Source: Anaerolineae bacterium
GTDB lineage: Bacteria; Chloroflexota; Anaerolineae; Aggregatilineales; UBA3940
DNA: 64,000 bases
Assembly: GCA_016926255.1 (NCBI GenBank)
Contig: JAFGOY010000011.1
Coordinates: forward strand, 70,399 to 134,398
Direction: 5' to 3'
Made by a program: the position numbers and the translations under genes
Part shown: in pieces, positions 53,118 through 60,612 of the stretch
Numbering within the stretch: the stretch's first letter is position 1
Layout: each line of letters starts with the position of its first letter
Notes under the pieces: generated by a model
What the model saw: only the letters and a program-made list of their open reading frames with translations
Databases searched by the model: none
What the model was told of the DNA's origin: nothing

Positions 53118-54632
53118 ATGGCCGACGCACCAACCTTATTCCGTAAAGTTTTAATCGCCAACCGGGGTGAAGTCGCCGTCCGGGTGATCCGGGCCTGCCG
53201 CGACCTGGGCCTGGATACCGTCTCGATCTACTCGGATGTGGATCGGAACGCGATGCATGTCCGCTATGCGAACGAAGCCTACTATCTTGGGCCGCCCCCG
53301 GCGAGGGAAAGCTACCTGTGCATCGACAAAATCCTCGACGTTGCCCGCCGAGCTGGTGCGGATGCCATCCATCCTGGCTACGGCTTCCTGGCCGAACGGG
53401 CCGAATTTGCCCAGGCCTGCGAAGACGAAGGGATCGCTTTCATCGGGCCATCACCAAAAGCGATCAGCACGATGGGCGACAAAGTCATCGCCCGGCGGAC
53501 GGTCGCGGCGGCAGGGGTGCCGGTTGTTCCCGGCACCGAACTGAATCTGCCCGACGACGAGTTGATCAATGCCGCCAACACAATCGGCTACCCGATGCTG
53601 ATCAAGGCGACGGCAGGCGGTGGGGGCAAGGGAATGCGCCGCGTCGACGGGCCGGAGGATTTCGAGAGCGCGCTGAACGCAGCTCGCCGTGAAGCGGAGG
53701 CGGCCTTTGGCGATGGTAACGTCTATCTTGAGAAACTGATCGATGGTGCCCGGCATATTGAAATCCAGATCATGGCCGACGAATACGGCGATGTGATCTA
53801 CCTGGGCGAGCGCGAATGCTCGATCCAGCGGCGGCACCAGAAGTTGATCGAGGAAGCACCCTCGCCGGTCGTTGACAAGGATTTGCGCCGCCGGATGGGC
53901 GAAGTCGCCGTTGCCGCCGCAAAAGCAGTCAATTACGTTAATGCCTGCACGATTGAATTTCTGGTTGATGAAAATAGCAACTTCTATTTTCTTGAAGCAA
54001 ATACCCGCTTGCAGGTCGAGCACCCGGTCACCGAACTGATCACTAATTTCGATATCGTCAAAGAGCAGATTCGGGTTGCCCGTGGGCGGCGCTTGAGCCG
54101 CACCCAGGACGATATAAAACTGGTGGGAGCGGCGGTCGAGTGCCGGATCAATGCTGAAGACCCGCACAACAATTTCATGCCCTCGACGGGGAAGATCACC
54201 GCGATGACCATTCCTTCTGGCCCCGGTGTTCGCGTCGATTCCGGGGTGACGGTCGGTGACGAGATCACCCCTTACTACGATCCGATGATCGCCAAATTGA
54301 TCTGCTGGGGCGATACCCGCGCCGCCGCGCTGCTGCGGATGCGCCGTGCCCTGGCCGAATATCGCATTATGGGTGTCAAGACCAATATTCCCTTCCACCA
54401 GAACATTCTCGACAGCACCCGCTTCCTCGCCGGTCAGTTCGATACGACCTTCGTCGAGGAGCGGTTCTCAATGAACGGTGACTACGAACTGCGCCCGGAT
54501 ATCGCGGCAGTCATCGCCACGCTGGTGGCGCATGAAGCCCGCCAGAAAGCGGCGCAGGTGGTCGGCAGGAACGAGCGCGACGTCAGCAACTGGAAGCTGG
54601 CCGGTCGGCGGCAGAACTTGAACAACTGGTAA
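53118..54632 (+). CDS. accC: Biotin carboxylase subunit
   Basis: LIANRGE, HPGYGFL, GGGGKGMR, CSIQRRHQK and RLQVEHPVTE motifs. Confidence 0.95.
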   Translation: MADAPTLFRKVLIANRGEVAVRVIRACRDLGLDTVSIYSDVDRNAMHVRYANEAYYLGPPPARESYLCIDKILDVARRAGADAIHPGYGFLAERAEFAQACEDEGIAFIGPSPKAISTMGDKVIARRTVAAAGVPVVPGTELNLPDDELINAANTIGYPMLIKATAGGGGKGMRRVDGPEDFESALNAARREAEAAFGDGNVYLEKLIDGARHIEIQIMADEYGDVIYLGERECSIQRRHQKLIEEAPSPVVDKDLRRRMGEVAVAAAKAVNYVNACTIEFLVDENSNFYFLEANTRLQVEHPVTELITNFDIVKEQIRVARGRRLSRTQDDIKLVGAAVECRINAEDPHNNFMPSTGKITAMTIPSGPGVRVDSGVTVGDEITPYYDPMIAKLICWGDTRAAALLRMRRALAEYRIMGVKTNIPFHQNILDSTRFLAGQFDTTFVEERFSMNGDYELRPDIAAVIATLVAHEARQKAAQVVGRNERDVSNWKLAGRRQNLNNW

Positions 54633-54664
54633 CCCCGGAACGGGCAGCCACAAGAGGAATCAGC

Positions 54665-55162
54665 ATGAAATACCAGGTTCGTATTGAAGATCACACATTT
54701 GATGTCAACATTGACCAGGATGGCATCGTCACCGTCGACGGGGAGCCGGTCGCGTTCGATTTTGGCGAAGTGGATGGGATGGGACTGTATTCCCTGCTCG
54801 TCAACAACGAGTCATACGAGGCACTGGTCGAACAGAGCGCCGATGTTTATAAGGTGCTGATGCGTGGTTACATGTACGATGTCCATGTGCTCGACGAACG
54901 TTCACGCATCTTGCAGCGCCGTTCCAACCTGATGGCCCCCGATACCGGCGAGGTCGCCGTGCGCGCGCCGATGCCCGGATTGATCGTTGATGTGCCGGTC
55001 GAGATCGGGCAGGAGGTCGAAGCCGGGCAAAAGGTCGTGATCCTCGAATCAATGAAAATGGAGAACGAACTCAAAACGCCTCGCGCCGGGCGCGTGGAGC
55101 GGATCAATGTGGCGAAGGGCGACAGTGTCGAGCAGAACGAGGCACTGGTGGTGATTGTGTGA
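54665..55162 (+). CDS. Biotin carboxyl carrier protein
   Basis: APMPG and ESMKMEN biotinylation motif. Confidence 0.93.
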   Translation: MKYQVRIEDHTFDVNIDQDGIVTVDGEPVAFDFGEVDGMGLYSLLVNNESYEALVEQSADVYKVLMRGYMYDVHVLDERSRILQRRSNLMAPDTGEVAVRAPMPGLIVDVPVEIGQEVEAGQKVVILESMKMENELKTPRAGRVERINVAKGDSVEQNEALVVIV

Positions 55163-55163
55163 T

Positions 55164-55216
55164 ATTTATTCGCCAATTACACTAATTACGCGGATTAGGT
55201 GCTCGCTGCCGCTCGC
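55164..55216 (+). repeat. Interspersed ~55-bp repeat, copy 1
   Basis: ATTTATTCGCCAATTACACTAATTACGCGGATT..TGCTCGCTGCCGCTCGC; copy 2 is at 63416-63470. Confidence 0.7.
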
Positions 55217-55226
55217 AAAATACTAC

Positions 55227-55263
55227 AAGGGACATCGGTCGATGAGACAGGATGTCCCTTTTT
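55227..55263 (+). terminator. Terminator between the convergent BCCP and nth genes
   Basis: AAGGGACATC...GATGTCCCTT followed by TTT. Confidence 0.7.
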
Positions 55264-55268
55264 GATTC

Positions 55269-55943
55269 TTATCCAACGGAATCCTGAAAATAATCACAGG
55301 CGGGTTGCAAAAAACAGGCTCCACAGTTCGGGGTGCGGGCATGACAGACTTCTCGCCCATGCTGGATGATCTGCAAATGGAACGCGTAGAAATCCTCCGG
55401 GGGGACGATGGCTTCTAATTCGTCGTGGGCTTTCTCGCGGCTCGTCTTCTTCCCGATCAACCCCAATCGCCTGGTCACCCGGTGAACGTGTGTATCGACC
55501 GGGAAGGCAGGGCGGTTCAGGGCAAAGAGCAGGATGATCGCCGCCGTTTTCGGGCCGATGCCGTTGATCCCGGTCAGCCAGGCTTTGGCCTCCTCGATGG
55601 TCATGCCTGCGAGGTGGTCGAGCGTGATCGCGCCCTGGGTTTCGGTCAGGTATTGCAGCGCGGCCTGGATGCGCGGGCCTTTCTGATTGGCTAATCCGGC
55701 CACCCGCACCGCCTCGATTACGGCATCGGGGTCGGCATCGCGGACTTCTTCCCAGGTTGGAAAGCGTTCTTTCAACGTGTCGAAGGCGCGGTCGCGGTTC
55801 ACGTCGTTGGTGTTCTGCGAGAGGATCGTGCTGACTAACTCATCGACCGGCGGGAGGTGCTGACGCCATTTCGGATAGCCATACACTTCGGAAATGAGGG
55901 TCGAAACCTGTGTGTATTTTCTCTCAAGGGTGCTGTCGGTCAT
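55269..55943 (-). CDS. nth: Endonuclease III (HhH-GPD, 4Fe-4S)
   Basis: ILSQNTND, GIGPKTA, FPVDTHV and C-x6-C-x2-C-x5-C; probable start is MTDSTL at 55943. Confidence 0.9.
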   Translation of the reverse strand: MTDSTLERKYTQVSTLISEVYGYPKWRQHLPPVDELVSTILSQNTNDVNRDRAFDTLKERFPTWEEVRDADPDAVIEAVRVAGLANQKGPRIQAALQYLTETQGAITLDHLAGMTIEEAKAWLTGINGIGPKTAAIILLFALNRPAFPVDTHVHRVTRRLGLIGKKTSREKAHDELEAIVPPEDFYAFHLQIIQHGREVCHARTPNCGACFLQPACDYFQDSVG

Positions 55944-56229
55944 CGAGTGGGACACCTTCGTATAGGACTGAATCGATCTGTAGGGAAGTATACCCTCCCC
56001 CGGAAGTGAAATCACAGGCAATATTGGTGGGTCAATTTCGATTTGGCTTGAAACGCAATGTCGAAAAGACTGTCCTGTGTTAAAAAATTGGCATATTGAC
56101 AATCATAAATACAAACTGGCCACCGATTTTCGGGGCGATGATTTTACGAAATAGGACGCTAAAGCGAATGTTAAAAAATTCAAATCGGGGGACTACAAAA
56201 ACTGCGTGTAGTCCTGCCGACCATAGTGG

Positions 56230-57396
56230 CTAATACCCGGTGCTGCCAGCACCGCCGAGCATACTCAATCCGAAGGACAGGCAGCAGCACAACACACTCA
56301 ATACGATTGGTGCCAGGAAAATCGAGCCGAGCGCCCGCAGAAAGTTGAACTGGTGGGCGGTCATCACGGCGACGACCATCACGGCCAGACCATAGAGTCC
56401 AAGCACAAGATAGCCCAAATTCATGACCATCATAGCGGCTTCCAACTGGTTGGAGATGAGCAAGGTCGCAATCGCCAGGATGGTAGGGATAATCTGCATG
56501 ATAGTCTGGGCAACATAGGCGAGGGAGACACCGCTGGCTGTCTGCATGAAGTCTCCCTTCCCGCCCAGAATTTTGGCCCCGGCATGGTACATCGCTGTGG
56601 TAAGCAGCAGGCCAAGCGGCGTTGCAATAAACATCACTGCGCCGATGGCAACCATTCCGGCGGTGCCCATCCACTGGTCGAACTGCCGGAAAGCCTCCAA
56701 ATCCTGGGCCGTCATGCTCATTCCTGACTGGGTGTAGGAGTCCGCCATCAACCCGGTCACGCCCCCACTGGGAATCAGAATGATCTGGGCCATGAGAACG
56801 GTGATAATCGCCGAGAGAAAGGCGACCAGCGCGACATTGATCAAAGTTTGACCAATTGCCGCCCGCTCGACCACCGACTCGTATGCGCCGGATATTTTGA
56901 AGATCAGCGCCCCGAACCAGGCATCGCCCAGGCCGTATTCGGCTTCTTCGTCCAGGGCTTCGCGCCGCCGGGACTTTGCACGGGTGACGGTGCCCTCGTC
57001 TGCCGGTTCGGTATACAGCGAAGTTCGCCACGAGTCATCGCCGGGAGCCGCCGGGGTGGTGGCGGACGCTGGTTCCGGTTCTGCTGGCGGCGGGGCCACC
57101 GACGATCCGGGTGCCGGGGGGATGGTGGGCGCAGAAGCCGGTTGTTTTGAGCGCAGCTTTTCAAGCACCTGCCGGGCTTTTTCGTTCTGCGGGTTGATGG
57201 TGAGAACGTTTTCCAGGCAGATGATGCGTTCCTCGTCGGAGTCGACTGTCGCGCCGAGCCACATCCAGGCATGCTCGTGAAACTCGTTGAGTTCGATGAC
57301 TTTCATCAGATTTTCACGGCCTGCGGCTTTGTCACCGGCGCGGATTGCGGTAATGGCTTCTTTGAACAGTTGGTCGATGAGTTCTTCTTGGGACAT
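56230..57396 (-). CDS. TPR-like N-terminus + Yip1-domain membrane protein
   Basis: AWMWLG..CLENVLTINPQN TPR-like helices, Pro-rich linker, about 5 TM helices with AKILGGKGDF. Confidence 0.75.
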   Translation of the reverse strand: MSQEELIDQLFKEAITAIRAGDKAAGRENLMKVIELNEFHEHAWMWLGATVDSDEERIICLENVLTINPQNEKARQVLEKLRSKQPASAPTIPPAPGSSVAPPPAEPEPASATTPAAPGDDSWRTSLYTEPADEGTVTRAKSRRREALDEEAEYGLGDAWFGALIFKISGAYESVVERAAIGQTLINVALVAFLSAIITVLMAQIILIPSGGVTGLMADSYTQSGMSMTAQDLEAFRQFDQWMGTAGMVAIGAVMFIATPLGLLLTTAMYHAGAKILGGKGDFMQTASGVSLAYVAQTIMQIIPTILAIATLLISNQLEAAMMVMNLGYLVLGLYGLAVMVVAVMTAHQFNFLRALGSIFLAPIVLSVLCCCLSFGLSMLGGAGSTGY

Positions 57397-57422
57397 GCCA
57401 ATCCTTTTCTTCCAGACAGCAC

Positions 57423-57445
57423 AAGGGCACGAATCTCGTGCCCTT
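57423..57445. terminator. Hairpin downstream of fhs (terminator or REP)
   Basis: AAGGGCACGA-atc-TCGTGCCCTT perfect 10-bp stem. Confidence 0.5.
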
Positions 57446-57573
57446 TTATCATACCGATATTTTATTGAGGCGCTAGAGCCTGTTATGCCCTTGTATAGCC
57501 CTCACCCTCATGGCCAGGGACGAGGGGTTTCAGTGGCTGTCCCGAATACTCCAGACAGAGTTCATAATATGCT

Positions 57574-59343
57574 CTAGAACATGCCGGTGATTTTCCCCGT
57601 CTCCAGATCGACGTCGATTTTCATATACGCAGGGCTGGTCGCCAGGCCGGGCATGGTGCTCATCGTCCCGATCAGCGGATAGATGAACCCCGCCCCCACG
57701 CTGGCGCGAACTTCGCGCACCGGGATGGTGTAGCCAGTGGGGACGCCCTTCAAAACCGGGTCGTGGCTCAGGCTGAGGTGAGTCTTTGCCATACAGATGG
57801 GGAGATTCCCGTAGCCGACCCGCTCGTAGGTCGCAATCTGCTCCTCGGCGAGCGGTTCATAATGAACATTCCCGGCACCGTACATTTTGGTAGCAATATG
57901 CTCGATCTTACGCTTGATCGACCAGTCCAGCGGGTAGAGGAACCTGAAATTACTCGGCTGTTCGCAGGCTTCGACGACCGCTTCGGCCAAGGCGCGTGCT
58001 CCTTTACCTCCTTCTGACCAGTGGGTGCTGCTGACGGCGGCAAAAGCGCCCCGATCTTTCGCATACTGGCTGACCATCTCGATCTCCGCGTCGGTGTCTT
58101 CAGAGAAGCGGTTGATGCACACCACCACCGGAATGCCAAAATACTTTGCATTTTTGATATGCGCGCCGAGGTTTGGCAGCCCGGATTCCAGCAGGGGAAG
58201 GTCTTCCTGGACATAGGCCGGGTCCAGAGGCGCACCGGGACGCACCTGCGGCCCGCCGCCGTGCATCTTCAAGGCGCGGACGGTGGCGACCAGCACAACC
58301 GCATTTGGCACCAGCCCGGAATAGCGGCACTTGATATCGAAGAATTTCTCCATGCCGATGTCGGCCCCAAAACCGCTTTCGGTGACGACGTAGTCGCCCA
58401 GCTTGAGGGCGATCATATCGGCGATGATCGACGAATTGCCGTGCGCGATGTTGGCAAATGGCCCGGTATGGATCAGCGCCGCCTGCCCCTCGAGGGTTTG
58501 CATCAGGGTGGGCATCAGCGCATCAAGCATCAGAGCGGTGACAGCCCCGGCCACGCCCAGATCGTCAAGTGTAATCGGTTCACCGGCATGGCTCAGACCG
58601 ATCATGGCACGCCCGACCCGCTCACGCAGGTCTTTGAGCGTGGCAGAGAGGGCGAGGATCGCCATCAATTCCGAGGCGACTGTGATGTCGAAGCCGGTCA
58701 GCCGGGGGAAGACCGGACTGGGCGAATCGTCGGCCAGCTTATCGTCATTGAGACCGATCTGGATGCTTCGCAGGCTCCGGTCGCAGACGTCGACAACCCG
58801 GTGCCAGGTGATCGAGTCCGGGTCGATGTCCAGCCGTTTGTCGATGCCGCGCCGCTTGAGAGCATCGTCGGACTGGCGGCTTTCGTGATACATTCGGGTG
58901 TCGATGGCCGCTGCGACAAGGTTGTTTGCCACGCCAATCGCATGCAGGTCGCCAGTCAGGTGCAGGTTGAAATCCTCCATCGGGATCACCTGGCTGTAGC
59001 CACCACCCGCCGCCCCGCCCTTGATGTTGAAGGTCGGCCCCATGCTTGGCTGGCGGATGCAGGCGATGGCCTTTTTCCCAAGCTCCGATCCCAGGGCCTG
59101 AACCAGCCCCAGTGTGGTTGTCGTTTTGCCTTCACCCAAGGGCGTGGGAGTGATCGCGGTTACGTCTATGTATTTGCCCTGGGGATTACCGGCGAACTTC
59201 TGAAGAACGCCAAGGTGAATTTTAGCCTTGTTCCGCCCGTACAATTCCAGATCGTCTTCGGACAGCTCTATCTTCTCCGCAATGGCGATGATCGGGCTGA
59301 TTTTCGCAGCCTGGGCTATATCTATGTCGCTGGGAATACTCAT
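57574..59343 (-). CDS. fhs: Formate-tetrahydrofolate ligase
   Basis: [44 protein letters not shown] and CMAKTHLS motifs. Confidence 0.97.
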   Translation of the reverse strand: MSIPSDIDIAQAAKISPIIAIAEKIELSEDDLELYGRNKAKIHLGVLQKFAGNPQGKYIDVTAITPTPLGEGKTTTTLGLVQALGSELGKKAIACIRQPSMGPTFNIKGGAAGGGYSQVIPMEDFNLHLTGDLHAIGVANNLVAAAIDTRMYHESRQSDDALKRRGIDKRLDIDPDSITWHRVVDVCDRSLRSIQIGLNDDKLADDSPSPVFPRLTGFDITVASELMAILALSATLKDLRERVGRAMIGLSHAGEPITLDDLGVAGAVTALMLDALMPTLMQTLEGQAALIHTGPFANIAHGNSSIIADMIALKLGDYVVTESGFGADIGMEKFFDIKCRYSGLVPNAVVLVATVRALKMHGGGPQVRPGAPLDPAYVQEDLPLLESGLPNLGAHIKNAKYFGIPVVVCINRFSEDTDAEIEMVSQYAKDRGAFAAVSSTHWSEGGKGARALAEAVVEACEQPSNFRFLYPLDWSIKRKIEHIATKMYGAGNVHYEPLAEEQIATYERVGYGNLPICMAKTHLSLSHDPVLKGVPTGYTIPVREVRASVGAGFIYPLIGTMSTMPGLATSPAYMKIDVDLETGKITGMF

Positions 59344-59392
59344 CGGAAGCTGCTCCTTACAAACTTACCGGACAATAAACCAGATGCCGGTA

Positions 59393-59696
59393 TTTGAAAA
59401 TGTTCAAAACTCACCCCAAAATGTTCAAAACTGGCTTGAAAATGTTGAAAGATTGTCGAAAACTTTTCAACATTTGTTGAAAGTTTTCCGGGTTTTCAAC
59501 AATTCACCCTCGACTTTCAACAATTTATCAACAATGGTGAAGCAGTCAATTGTTGAAAGATCACCCCTACATATGGGGGATAAGTGACCTCCCCACCCCC
59601 ACATATAGGGGTCAGAAGGCAACTTTCAACAATTTCAACAATGCCTACTACTAAATACTAAAATAATAATATAGATGTGATCATGAATTTTGAACA
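59393..59696. other. Putative chromosomal replication origin (oriC)
   Basis: AT-rich intergenic region with about 13 YTTTCAACA/TTATCAACA-like 9-mers in both orientations. It ends in CTTTCAACA-ATTTCAACA-ATGCC-TACTACTAAATACTAAAATAATAAT (box pair, spacer, DnaA-trio-like run). Confidence 0.75.
59564..59611. promoter_or_regulatory. Tandem NrdR-box-like palindromes
   Basis: CCCCTACATATGGGGG (59564-59579) and CCCCCACATATAGGGG (59596-59611), 32 bp start-to-start. Confidence 0.6.
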
Positions 59697-59751
59697 TTCA
59701 GATTTGAGAAAAGTTCTTATCAATCATCTACTGCAAAGATAGCAAAGGAAT

Positions 59752-60486
59752 CTACTCATTGCGCAGATCACGCGTCAGCGGGACGAAGCGCACCCCACCC
59801 AGGCTGATGTTGGTATAGTCATCACCCTCTCGTTCGACGAGCCAGAGTTCCTGATAACCACCCACCGGGCCGACTGGGATCACCATTTTGCCGCCGTCTT
59901 TTAACTGGGTGAGCAGCGGCGGTGGAATGTGATCGGGTGCGGCGGTAACGATAATTGCATCGAAGGGAGCGTGATCCTCCCAGCCGAAATAGCCATCGTC
60001 ATGAAGCACTTCGACATTGGTATAGCCAAGCCGATCAAGTCGATCTCCGGCCTGCTCCGCCAGCGCGCCGACGATCTCGATGGTATAGACCCTGTCGACG
60101 ATTTCGGCCAGCACCGCTGCCTGGTAACCTGATCCCGTACCGACTTCGAGGATCACATCACTCTCGTCCGGGTTAAGGGCGTCGGTCATCAGAGCGACAA
60201 TATAGGGCTGCGAGATCGTCTGGCCGTAGCCAATCGGTAGCGGGTGATCGGCGTAAGCCTGCGCCAGATAGTCGTCGGGTACGAACTCGTGGCGCGGGAC
60301 GGCATTCATCGCCTCGATCACTGCGGGGGTGGTGATCCCCCGCCCGACGATGGCTTCTTCAACGAGCGCCTCGCGGGCCGCGCTGTAGGAATCCTCGTTC
60401 GGAGCTTCGTCTGCTTTTTCTTTTGTTTTGCAGGCGGTGGCGATCAGGAGAAGCAGTATAGCGGCGGTGATCAGTTTGCCTCGCAT
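59752..60486 (-). CDS. pcm: Protein-L-isoaspartate O-methyltransferase with a putative lipoprotein signal peptide
   Basis: VPRHEFV, GQTISQP, LEVGTGSGYQAA, APFDAIIVTAA and VRFVPL motifs; N-terminus MRGKLITAAILLLLIATA-C. Confidence 0.9.
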   Translation of the reverse strand: MRGKLITAAILLLLIATACKTKEKADEAPNEDSYSAAREALVEEAIVGRGITTPAVIEAMNAVPRHEFVPDDYLAQAYADHPLPIGYGQTISQPYIVALMTDALNPDESDVILEVGTGSGYQAAVLAEIVDRVYTIEIVGALAEQAGDRLDRLGYTNVEVLHDDGYFGWEDHAPFDAIIVTAAPDHIPPPLLTQLKDGGKMVIPVGPVGGYQELWLVEREGDDYTNISLGGVRFVPLTRDLRNE

Positions 60487-60556
60487 GGATGTTCTCCTTT
60501 GTTTTTCCTCATTGTATCACGAACAGAGGCGCAATCGGGCAGACCGGGTGCGGGTG

Positions 60557-60585
60557 TGGTATGATCGAAACAGCACTTCTGTTCT
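60557..60585 (+). promoter_or_regulatory. polA promoter (extended -10) with a LexA-like box
   Basis: TG-G-TATGAT at 60557-60565; AGCAC-TTCT-GTTCT at 60572-60585 (AGAAC-AGAA-GTGCT on the minus strand). Confidence 0.55.
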
Positions 60586-60612
60586 GAGTTGTTTTTAGCC
60601 TGGAGGGTGAGA

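Noticed and set aside
56100-56220. Possible c-di-GMP-I riboswitch (GAAA..GGACGC.AAAGC)
   Set aside because: The required stems and GGCAAA element are missing, and there is no co-oriented downstream gene
58021-59587. Plus-strand ORFs antisense to fhs and across the origin-like repeats
   Set aside because: Shadow or low-complexity translations with no coding signal
59393-59696. CRISPR array or plasmid iterons
   Set aside because: The repeats are 9-mers in both orientations with no unique spacers, and no cas or rep gene is nearby; the box plus trio layout fits oriC better
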